This document shows positions 1-10,951 of a stretch of DNA of 64,000 nt, piece by piece. The stretch comes from Eledone cirrhosa. Taxonomy: Eukaryota. Numbering within the stretch: position 1 is the stretch's first letter; each line of letters begins with the position of its first letter. Both the position numbers and the translations under genes were made by a program. The stretch spans positions 90,086,001 to 90,150,000 of the forward strand of contig OZ024740.1 in NCBI GenBank assembly GCA_964016885.1, given 5' to 3'. The notes under the pieces are model-generated. The model did not search any database. It saw only the letters and a program-made list of their open reading frames with translations, and was not told where the DNA came from.

Positions 1-707
1 TAATGGAATGTAAATTGATATTGAAGTTAATATATCGCTCTGAATGTAAATTTAATATTTTTGTATATTCATGGTTATATAAATATACCGCTGGATAAGA
101 ATATGTGTAAATATGTATGAATAATTTATATCAGTCTAGTAGATAAAATATTATATGAATTCAAACATTATTTATTACTATATATTAGGTTTTATTTGGT
201 TGCTGTACGAGCTAACGGAAAATTTAATTTGATATATCAGCCAAAATATGTGTAGACATGGTGCCACTAATTCATAAACAAACAAATAAATGTTCACCTT
301 CAGGTCCCAATAATAATATTTTGAATATCAATAATTATGGGATTTGCTCTGAATAAAGCACCACTTGTTGAATAGATAGAAATAAATAATATGATGTGAA
401 AAGCAAATAATAAACACTAGTTTGGGAAACAGTTGAGAGAAAGTCCAATAAATGCTAACAATGTAAAAGGAAGAGAAAATATCAAAATGTAATAAAATAC
501 AGCAGAAAAAAAAAAGTATTGAACTGCACTGGTTCACTTGAGTTTGTGGTGAATAGTGTCCTCTAATGAAACTCCCATTGAATCAATTTCAACTTTGATG
601 TATACAGGGTGTACTAAATAATGTATACGCACTTTGAGTACCTGTAAAGGCATATATTTATTACAAGGCTGAGGTGTAAGAGTTTTTGGGATACGCTGTA
701 TATATAC

Positions 708-746
<39 letters not shown>

Positions 747-829
747 CGTTATTCCGGGTTGAATCGGAGGTAACCACAGTAAGTAAGGTACTCAATACAT
801 TGCAGATTATAACAGTTTTAATATAGATG

Positions 830-880
830 ATATTCTACGGGAGCAGAACTGTTTCATTCTTTAGAAATCATCAGGAATCT
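830..880 (-). ncRNA. Hammerhead ribozyme motif (type I), slightly degenerate copy
   Basis: Minus strand: AGATTC-CTGATGA-TTTCTAAAGAAT-GAAA-CAG..CCG-TA-GAATAT. Confidence 0.6.
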
Positions 881-1289
881 GGGTACTAAAAAGTAAGTAT
901 GGTATTTATAGGTCTCTTCGAGTGGTAGGAGAGGGTAGGGAGTGGGATGGGTGTAGGTCATTGGTTGATAGAAAAGGGAATTCATTAAAAGCTAATTCTA
1001 CAAAGCCATAGGTTATTTTTATTTTTATTTTTATTTTTAGAGTAACAAAGGCAGAAATAATTCTATAAACAAGTTGTTTATAGAATTCAAACAAACTTGT
1101 TTATAGAATTTTTTCTTTCTTTTGTTACTCTAAAAATAAAAATAAAAATAAAAATAAACTATAGCTTTGTAGAATTAGCTTTTAATGAATTCCCTTTTCT
1201 ATCAACCAATGACCTACACCCATCCCACTCCCTACCCTCTCCTACCACTCGGAGAGACCTATAAATACCATACTTATTTTTTGATACCC

Positions 1290-1340
1290 AGATTCCTGAT
1301 GATTTCTAAAGAATGAAACAGTTCTAGTCCTGTAGAATCT
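1290..1340 (+). ncRNA. Hammerhead ribozyme motif (type I)
   Basis: Stem I AGATTC/GAATCT, core CTGATGA, stem II TTC-TAAA-GAA, GAAA, stem III CAG/CTG, GUA cleavage triplet. Confidence 0.8.
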
Positions 1341-1394
1341 CATCTATACTAAAACTATATATATATATATATAACGAAGTAAGTGTGTTAAGGA

Positions 1395-1556
1395 ACAAGA
1401 TGTACCATAACGCACCAGAGTACTCAATACTTAGGGTAGTAGAGTGGGTAATAGGAACATGTTTAACCCCGACGGCAGAACTCAAGCCGTTTCGACAGCT
1501 ATTCCAGAAATAGCTGTCGAAGCGGCTTGAGCTCTGCCGTCGGGGTTGAACATGTT
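1395..1556. repeat. Palindromic fragment of PLE pseudo-LTR end (family C, GCCGTCGAAACGGC motif)
   Basis: 1456-1556 is a near-perfect palindrome; same sequence as the 3' end of the PLE at 23985-24105. Confidence 0.75.
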
Positions 1557-1624
1557 TATATATATATATATATATAATAATAATGATAATAATAGTAATA
1601 ATAATAGTAATAATAATAGTAATA

Positions 1625-2365
1625 ATAATAGTAATAATAATAAATTTGAAGACTAAAATGCAAAGCAGGCTCGATAAGGGGCAAAGAACGGGACAAAACG
1701 AATATAATACGTCATTATTTGGAGCGGTGAAAAACAATTACACGCAAAGAGAAAACCACGTTTATGGTATAAAGAAGTCATAGATTAATTGTTTCTACTT
1801 TAGGCACAAGGCCAGCAACTACCCAGTGCCCCACTGGTACTTTATTTTATCGACCCCGTAAGGATGAAAGGCAAAGTCAACCTCGGCGGTACTACCAATC
1901 CACCGCCCTAGAAGTCATAGATTAATATTCTATTAGGTGGTTCATAGAGACGTTCTCTGGCAATGAACGGAAAAAACGAAGACAATACGTCATATGTGGA
2001 GCGGGAGAACAATTGCACGCATAGACAAAACTACGTAAATGGTATAACTGAAATCGAGACAAAAATTCTAACTAGGAAACCGAATGATTCTCGGCTTCAG
2101 AGTTAAGAATAAAGTAAATAAAATACAGAGGTAATTGAAATTAAATAAATACATACACGCATCCAATACATACATACACAAGCATACGTAAAACACTCGC
2201 CATAGGTATACAAATACACGCACGTACACGGCAAAAAAAACCCGAACGCATACGAATGTATACACCAAATACACAGAAAAATATATATAATATATTCAAA
2301 GATGCCGTTAAGGGTGAAAGCAGCGATTCTTTGCTTAAACTTTAATCTGTTATTTTAATAAATAA
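1625..2365. mobile_element. PLE pseudo-LTR remnant (family B), interrupted by a SINE
   Basis: Clear similarity to 25535-26300; ends with an inverted family-B hammerhead fragment at ~2295-2365. Confidence 0.65.
1790..1909 (-). mobile_element. tRNA-derived SINE, internally deleted, with 17-bp TSD
   Basis: Same family as 40193-40377; TSD AGAAGTCATAGATTAAT at 1773-1789 and 1910-1926. Confidence 0.85.
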
Positions 2366-2485
2366 ATATATATATGTAGGGAGGGTCATGCTGCCAATAA
2401 AAACATACAGACTTGGATTTCATTTCAATGTATCATAAATTTCGGGCTGATTGGTTAGTTCGATAATCAGATGTTTGTTTATAAA

Positions 2486-2650
2486 TTGTCAAAGCTCTCC
2501 CGTCACACATTCTGTGACCTCCTCTGTGACTGGAATTTTATTTTGTATCTCTCCTTTGTTCTGTCCTACAGCATCTTTATTCTGTGTAGGAGAAATAAAA
2601 ACCCAATGACTGTGGAGGTCACAGAATGTGTGACGCAAAAGCTTTGACAA
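2486..2650. repeat. Short palindromic (MITE-like) element
   Basis: Arms TTGTCAAAGCT..CGTCACACATTCTGTGACCTCC / GGAGGTCACAGAATGTGTGACG..AGCTTTGACAA. Confidence 0.6.
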
Positions 2651-2954
2651 TATATAAACAACCATCCGTTTATCGAAACAAGCAAACAACCGGAAATTTA
2701 TAATTAATTGAAGGGAAAACCGACATGTGCATGTGATTTTATTGGAAGCATGATCCTCGCAAATATAACAATACATGTTTCAACTCACGTTTTCAGATTA
2801 GGAATCTTGCAAACAAATTTATAAACAAAGTATATATATATATAGTAATAATAATAAGTATGAAGACTAAAATCCAAAGATGGCTCGATAAGGATAAATA
2901 TATATCAAATATGTAAGAACCCTAGAGCAAATATTTATTAAAATAACAGATTAA

Positions 2955-3005
2955 AGTTTAAGCAAAGAATCGCTGCTTTCACCCTAAACGGGATCTTCTG
3001 AAACT
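2955..3005 (-). ncRNA. Hammerhead-like motif with variant CAGAAGA core (family B)
   Basis: AGTTT-CAGAAGA-TCCCGTTTAGGGT-GAAA-GCA..TGC-TT-AAACT on the minus strand. Confidence 0.65.
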
Positions 3006-3027
3006 CAATTAATATATTTTTATTTTT

Positions 3028-3358
3028 ATTATATCTCATATAAAATAATACAACTGGCTTTCCACAAAATACATATAGTTAGTACCCCAAACACAAAATT
3101 GGGATTATACTAACGTATACACTAATGTTTGTTGAGTGAGATGGTTACCAGTCAGAGTTTAGCTTAAAGCTTTCTCTGTTATTGTATTAACTTTAATTAT
3201 ATCTCATAAAATAATACAACTGGTTTTTCCACATTATACATATTGTTAGCACCCCAAACACTTAAATTGGGTTTATATTTTAATATAACCTAATGTTTGT
3301 TGAGTGAGATGGTTACCAGTCAGAGTTTAGCTTTAAACTATCTCTGTTATTGTATTAA
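3028..3358. repeat. Tandem duplication of a ~165-170 bp unit (third copy at ~4200-4373)
   Basis: TTATATCTCATAAAATAATACAACTGG...CTCTGTTATTGTATTAA is repeated. Confidence 0.8.
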
Positions 3359-3361
3359 ATA

Positions 3362-3870
3362 TTTACTCTTGATTGGCCAGAAGTATTTATTTCCAGGTAC
3401 CTTATGAATTTGACTTTGCGTATTTATTACTGTTGTGAAATATTGTGGCTTTTTTTGGTTGTAACTTCTCTGTTTTTTAGCCTAAGAAAAAAAAAATATA
3501 TATATATATGCCTACGTATATAATTACATGCATATATGTATTTATTTTCTTTTATTAATTGAGTTCTTTACACGAGGAATTAATATTGGTTTTGAAATAA
3601 CTAATTAACCAGCGTGTGTTTTATATTTTACTCTTAATAATTCGGCCGGAGAATTATATTCCCATTTGCCCTTTATAGCATAACTTTCTGCATTTACTGC
3701 GGTTATGAGAAGCGGTTCTTATTCGGGTACAACTTCTGTTTTAGCCTAAGAAAATATCTATATGCGTGTGTAATTTATACAAGCATATATTTATTTTTTT
3801 ATTTTCAATTGAGTTCTTAAACATTTTGGATTGATAATGTTTTCAAAAAAACTAATTAACCCGCATGTAT
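3362..3870. repeat. Diverged tandem pair of ~265-bp units
   Basis: TTTACTCTT...TTTTAGCCTAAGAAAA...AATTGAGTTCTT...AACTAATTAACC occurs twice. Confidence 0.6.
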
Positions 3871-4063
3871 ATTATTTTTTTTCCTCATTTCGTGGATCGT
3901 GGGTTGTCTCCCCTTACCGCTTCGTGTCGCTATGATACTTCCTCAGTAAAAAACTGCTGGAATTTCAAATTTGGCGGTCATTCGAGGTGAGAGAGAGCAA
4001 CTTTACAGACATGATTTCTGACAGCGATAAGAAATTGTATTCTTATATCAATGTTTAACCGTC

Positions 4064-4163
4064 TTCCACTGATGATTTATAAGTGCCCACCTAAATATAT
4101 TCTTACATGAATATATATTAGGCTTCTACATAAACTGGAAACATTCTCCCAAATTGTAGAAAA
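4064..4163 (+). ncRNA. Degenerate hammerhead-like motif with long stem II
   Basis: CTGATGA, TTTAT/ATAAA enclosing an inner hairpin, GAAA, CA/TG, GUA; stem I imperfect. Confidence 0.4.
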
Positions 4164-4589
4164 CTTATAATGAAACAATTGTTTGGAAAGAGAGATATAG
4201 TTTAACTTTAATTATATCTCATAAAATAATACAACTGGTTTTTCCACATTATACATATTGTTAGCACCCCAAACACTTAAATTGGGTTTATATTTTAATA
4301 TAAGCTAATGTCTGTTGAGTGAGATGGTTACCAGTCAGAGTTTAGCTTTAAACTATCTCTGTTATTGTATTAATTATATATGTATATATATATATGCGCG
4401 CGCGCCTTTGTGTGTGTATGTTTGTGTGCGTATGTGAGTGTGTGTGTGTGAGTGAGTGTGTCTGTGTATGACCCGTTAAGGATGGTTGCAGTGAGTCTTT
4501 GCTTAAACTTTATTCTGTTATTTTAATATATATATATATATATTTGTTTCGTTTCACTACATCCGTAGAGCAATAAGTCTATATTTGTT

Positions 4590-4628
<39 letters not shown>

Positions 4629-5275
4629 TCGTGTGTTTGTGTTTGAGTGTGTGTCAATGTGTGTGATGTGAGGGTGTCTTTGTCTGTGTGTGTCCCTATA
4701 TGTCTGTGTGTGTTTGTAAGATTAAAATTGAAAGTATGAGGAAAAGAAATAACGTTTCGCTTCATTAGCTGTATCTAGTGAGTAAGCGTCGTTGATTTTG
4801 TGTAGCGCTTAAAAAATATTCAACTGGAATTCTCCCACAGGGATCGGACTAAATATAGACTTATTGCTCTACGGATGTAGTGAAACGAAACAAAAATATG
4901 AGAACGATTATATAATTAACAAAATACTATAACAGTTATAGATTATGTTCAGGTAGGTAAAGCAAAATATTACACCCAAAAGTAGTAATAAAAAAATAAG
5001 ATATTAGATAACCAAAATTAAAGCAAGAATGTCATTCTCAAGATAATACAAGACGTGATATATAAAAGTCATTTGATAGTCAGGACAAAACAAAAAAAAA
5101 AACATATTCCATGTTGTCATTCGCATTTCAGTTTGGCAAGACAATATGTAACGTCTGTTCACTAAGTGATTTATGTGTTCATGAAGTGGTGATCAGTCTG
5201 CCGAATCTCAATCATCTGAGCCCAGAGAATGGGCCCTTTACTACTTCCACCACACTTTATTTCTCTTCCTCTCAC

Positions 5276-5378
<103 letters not shown>

Positions 5379-5744
5379 GATAAATCAATATGAATTTAAT
5401 CTAAATCAAAATTATGGGTGTCATGCCAGAAAGACATGCGCCATATCACCCGCAAAATAAGCTCTAAGATTCTAACGAATAGGTCCGAGCATTTTATAAT
5501 AACTAGAAATTGATTAACATAAAAATAAACATGAATAATCACAGGAGATAATGTTTACAAGTGTGTAAGCACACATAGCTGGGTAGGTAACTAAATAAAG
5601 TTAACCAGAACTTCAAAAATTATCTCCTGTGATTATTCATGTTTATTTATATGTTAATCAATTTCTAGTTAGTATATTTATATGGACGTTAAACGATGAT
5701 GATGATGATGATGATATATATATATATATATATAAATATATAAT

Positions 5745-5930
5745 TGTTTCTACTTTAGGTACAAGGCCAGCAATAACACAGTACATTATTGGTACTTTAT
5801 TTTATCGACCCCGTAAGGATGAAAGGCAAAGTTAACCTCGGCGGGATTTGAACTCAGATCATAAAGGGACGTAACTATGCTAGAAAGCATGCCGTCCAAC
5901 CCTCTACCGATACTGCCAATTCACCGCCTT
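5745..5930 (-). mobile_element. tRNA-derived SINE
   Basis: Minus strand: A box TGGCAGTATCGG, B box GTTCAAATC, central GCCTTTCATCCTTACGGGGTCGATAAAA domain. Confidence 0.85.
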
Positions 5931-6289
5931 CCATTATATATAAATATATAATGGAAGTGTGTTTGTTCGTTGAGAGCTAATATCACTAAATAATGTTGAT
6001 AATAATTGAAGGTTTTTTGTGTATTTACAACTAATTTGATTTCTTTCAAGTTAACTCTTCACCTATTTTACGAAAATGGCATGCTGGATGAGATGGAGGA
6101 GAATAAACTCCTATTTTTATTTCTTTCTCCGTCATGTTATCAATAGAGAGTGATATAAGCAATGCACCTCTCACTGAAACCAAATCCTTTTCTCTTTAAC
6201 TAAGGAAAATTGATACTATCCGGCCTGACATCTGACTCTCTCTTTCTCTATCTCTTTCTCTTCCCCATCTCTCTCTCTCTCTCTCTCCG

Positions 6290-6325
<36 letters not shown>

Positions 6326-6662
6326 CCTCTCTCTCTTTCCCTCTCTCTCTCTCTCTCCCTCTCTCCGTCTCTTTCTCCGTCTCTCCCCTACCTCGTTTTC
6401 TCTCGCCTCTCTCACAACCTCATTTTCTTTCTGTCTGTATGTATGTACTTATAAAACGGATATTTGTTTGTACATTGACCGCTAATAATCCTAAATAAAA
6501 TTCGTAACATTTAAGGTTTTACTTGTGATTCCAACTAATCTGATCTACATTATTACTTCTGTCTGTATGTGTATGTGTCTGTGGTAGTTTTATACACACA
6601 CACACACACGCACGCACACCCACCAACACATACACACACACACCCACACACACGCCTACCCC

Positions 6663-6751
<89 letters not shown>

Positions 6752-7088
6752 CAGACTTGTCTGGCTAGAGTTGATTAACCGCAGCATTAACATTGCCTGA
6801 TACAGAATAAAGTTGAATGCAGAATATATATATTTCAAATCTCTTAAATGCACCACCAGTTATAGCAAGTAGAAAACATTCTCCCGACGAATATAATTTC
6901 AACAGTAATACTGTGGCTGAAATAGATGTATTAATTAAAACCCCAGTATTGAATTTGGATATGCAGACGATATCGGCCTTTGGAGAATAAACTTGATAGC
7001 TGTTAAAAATGAATTGACACACACGCCTCTAAACCTAAATATGTATGTATGTTAATTGACGTAGATAAAACAATCATCAAATACAGCC

Positions 7089-7344
7089 TTGAAGTACAGA
7101 ATGCTTCTCAGAAACATGGATCAGCCAAAGTCGTGGAATGGGACGTGTATGGCTGTGACTGAACTACAGCCGCACGTATTAGAAGGCAAACTTATCACTG
7201 GGTATGGTATGGGAGACATCATACTTATACCTAGCATACCAGTAATACGAAAATATGTCCCATTTCATTTCAAAAGATTACTATTAACAGTGAAAGTCAG
7301 TTAGTTACATAATGACAATCAATAATTCCCAAGGGCAAACCCTG
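7089..7344 (+). pseudogene. Helitron Pif1-family helicase C-terminal fragment
   Basis: LLRNMDQPKSWNGT...IPSIP...PFHFKRL...MTINNSQGQTL resembles Helitron helicase motifs LRN..CNGT, IPRIP, FKRLQFP, MTINKSQGQ; disrupted. Confidence 0.85.
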
Positions 7345-7812
7345 CATTACGACAGAGACATTAGGTACCATACGAACAGATTTGAGGACAGTACAGACCG
7401 GGTGATCGCAAGTACACACACTCTCACACGCACACACACACACACACGCACACACACACACACAAGTTCTGAATTCCCCGTACATTATAATATTATAGAA
7501 TGTTAGGCTGACCCCAACGGAACATATTTCTCTGTAACCCATCCGTTACCACTAACATGTGTCCACATAGCTGTGAATGGCAGGGAAGTAGTAATAAGCA
7601 TATTAAGCAAACAACGCCCTGACCAAACCGGTAAGACAAAATTGGTGAGAATCCCCACTCGAAGGCGGTTAGCCAAATTGACATCAACTGGCCCTCTTGA
7701 TCGCCTTCGATTCAAACATGTTTCTCTGTCTTTTTGTATCTGCTTTCTCTCCGTATAGACTGTTGGATTGTGTTTACCATTATTCCTTTATTATATAACT
7801 AGTATGCAATAT

Positions 7813-7870
7813 ACACCTGATGATGTCACCAGAATCTTACGTAACCTGGACGCTGAAATACACATAGTGT
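7813..7870 (+). ncRNA. Minimal hammerhead motif, decayed
   Basis: ACAC-CTGATGA-stem II (CCAG/CTGG)-GAAA-TACACA-TA-GTGT; stem III resembles the ATGCGCAT palindrome of the 34508 copy. Confidence 0.5.
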
Positions 7871-7929
7871 TTACTGACATTAATCTTTCAAGGAATTTCA
7901 CCAGACCGCCCTCTTGTCATTTAACTCAA

Positions 7930-8018
<89 letters not shown>

Positions 8019-8536
8019 ATATTTGGGGAGGGTCATATTTGCGTAATATTGCCAGAATTAATAACAGAACACACTCACTGTTTGGTTGGTTTTCGCTTCT
8101 CGCTGTCTTTTTTATATATATATCTGCGATCTAACTTACTCGGTCCTCAATGTTGCCATTGACTGACCGGCGGTCAAAAATAATACAGATACAATATAGA
8201 CACAAACACATATATATAGTTTAGATAATTTACATAAATCTTTCGTTGCACATCTGCAACATCGTCAGTGGTGTTATATTCATTGTTCCTCCTGTTGTGT
8301 TGTATGTCTACGCCATTTTTTTTGTTCAGTCTGTCTATATATTTATTTATTTATTTGCTTGTTTGTTTATCTTATTTTATTTTGTCTTCTTTGCGCATGC
8401 GTTTGCGTGTGTGTATAGTGTTATGTGTGATGTGTGACTAGTGTGTATAGTGTTGTGTCTGCTGGGTGACTAGTGTGTGTTTATGTGCTTGTGTATGTAT
8501 TTATTTATCTTATTTTATTTAATTTTATTTACTTAT

Positions 8537-10225
8537 TTATACTTCTCTTAGGTCAGTGTTGTTTGTTTGGGTGTTGTTGTTGTTCCACTCATTCTTTCTG
8601 TTTAGCTTTGGTCTTCTAATTTCTATTTCACTGGCCTCTCTGATTTGCCTATCTGCTGGGTCATTCCTATGTTTAGATATTATTCTAATTTCTATGTTGT
8701 CTATGTTACCGTCATGTTGTTGTCTAGCATGTTCGTATAGTACTGACCCGTTTTTTCGTCCATTTAGTTCCCCCCAGTGTTGGTCTATCCTTTCACCTAT
8801 GCTACGAGCTGTCTCACCTATGTATGTTGTTGTCATGTTTCTGCAAGTACCCTCTGTACATCTTATACTATAGACTACGTTTCTAGTTTTACAGTTTATC
8901 CGGGGGTTCACCTTACATATGATACATCTCCTATTGGTACAGTGGGTTTTCTTAAAAGGGTAGGTTTTGCTGATCAGGGATTTTATGGTGGTTCCTGGCT
9001 TTTCTACCACCTTTATTTTTAAGTGGGTCTTTCTCAGGGCCTTTCTACACTGGTTAGCTAATTTCCTTCCAGGGGTGGCGTCCACAAACATGACACTCTG
9101 ATATCTCTGGTTGTCGTACCATGATGTGGCCTTCCCTATCTTATGTCTAGCCCTATCTAAGCTATTCCATGATTTGCTCCTGTATAGTGGGCAAATTCCT
9201 TTCATGTCCAGTTCTATGAGGGTGTTATACTTTTCCATGGCTCCTTCGTATACTCTGACTCTGTCTCTTTGGTTGTAGCCAGAGAACTGCATGCGGTTGA
9301 TGAAGTGTTGGATGTGTCCTTCCATTTCTGTTGGGTCGCACATGCTGGACACATTCTTCATCACTCGTACCAAATCTGCGATCAGAATATTAAACTTAGC
9401 ACTACTGGACATTGCTGAGTTTTTGAGTATCAGGTATTTGGAGGCCATGGGTTTAGCATAGTGTGAGTGGAGAATTTGGGCTCTCTCGTCTATAGTGTTA
9501 ATCCAGAGTTCTGTGTCTAATACAGGTAGTCTATTGTTAGGGTGTTTGGAAGGGAAGTCTATAGTTACAGTTATACTCTGGTGTATAGAATTAGCTATCT
9601 GCTGGATGCTTTCCATCGTGCTACGTTCTAAATCAAACTTGTTAGTGCTCTCTAGTGGGGGTGTTCTTATATCTATATTGATATCGTCTACATAACGAGA
9701 GTACATGATGAGGTCTATGGAGCTTTCATTAAGGAGATCTTTAAGTCTCCTTTCCCACCATACCATGAAAAGGTTGGCAACAGCACCAGCTATGCTGACG
9801 CCGATGGCTGCTCCCTCATTTTGGGTGTAGATTTTCTCATTGAACTTAAATATGTGGCCCTTTAGGGTAGTTTTGATACTAGCCCCTATTGCATGTGCGA
9901 CCATTTTTCTTACCTGATCAGTGTTTTGGGGGGTCCGTATAGCTTTGGTCCACCCAATCCACCTTCCCATGGGATCTTTTTTGCCATTGAGGTTATGGTG
10001 GTGGGGTCTACCTCTTATAGGTCTACTAGGGCAGAAACATCTAAGGTCATGGCTGTCTAGGTAGTCAGTGTCGTAGGTAAGTCTAAGTAGGAGGCCCAGT
10101 TCGTCTGTGTCGACGTCGCAGAACTCCACCTCACTCTCAATGATCATCTCCACACATCTTTTCAAAGCAAAATCAATGTTAATGGATGGGTACAGTGACA
10201 CCACATCCATGCTGCCTATTATGCA
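8537..10225 (-). pseudogene. 5'-truncated PLE RT + GIY-YIG endonuclease (inverted copy)
   Basis: SMDVVSLYPS, GAAIG, RYVDD, Cys-rich linker, VVYSIRC...YIGETAR, LNRKNE; the ORF track's N-terminal ~70 aa are read-through into the junction. Confidence 0.93.
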
Positions 10226-10951
10226 ATGGCTAAAAAGACTCCCAGTACTATACGAACATGCTAGACAACAACATGACGGTAACATAGACAACATAGAAAT
10301 TAGAATAATATCTAAACATAGGAATGACCCAGCAGATAGGCAAATCAGAGAGGCCAGTGAAATAGAAATTAGAAGACCAAAGCTAAACAGAAAGAATGAG
10401 TGGAACAACAACAACACCCAAACAAACAACACTGACCTAAGAGAAGTATAAATATGTAAATAAAATTAAATAAAACAAGATAAATAAATACATACACAAG
10501 CACATAAACACACACTAGTCACCCAGCAGACACAACACTATACACACTAGTCACACATCACACATAACACTATACACACACGCAAACGCATGCGCAAAGA
10601 AGACAAAATAAAATAAGATAAACAAAGAAGCAAATAAATAAATAAATATATAGACAGACTGAACAAAAAAAATGGCGTAGACATACAACACAACAGGAGG
10701 AACAATGAATATAACACCACTGACGATGCTGCAGATGTGCAACGAAAGATTTATGTAAATTATCTAAACTATATATATGTGTTTGTGTCTATATTGTATC
10801 TGTATTATTTTTGACCGCCGGTCAGTCAATGGCAACATTGAGGACCGAGTAAGTTAGATCGCAGATATATATATATAAAAGACAGCGAGAAGCGAAAACC
10901 AACCAAACAGTGAGTGTGTTCTGTTATTAATTCTGGCAATATTACGCAAAT

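Larger units (their letters stand above)
814..1356. repeat. Inverted repeat (~260-bp arms) of a non-coding PLE pseudo-LTR-like sequence, one hammerhead per arm
   Basis: 814-1070 is the near-exact reverse complement of ~1097-1356; a further fragment of the family lies at ~24296-24435. Confidence 0.85.

Noticed and set aside
603-700. Tc1/mariner-type MITE starting TA-CAGGGTGT
   Set aside because: Terminal inverted repeats too degenerate to support
2769-2800. Hammerhead relics on the minus strand (also 4747-4797)
   Set aside because: Core heptamers carry deletions; at best dead remnants
10226-10432. Hydrophobic N-terminus of the 631-aa ORF suggesting a membrane-anchored RT
   Set aside because: Antisense read-through of the GIY-YIG tail across the inversion junction; the same peptide appears at 8556 + and 14398 -
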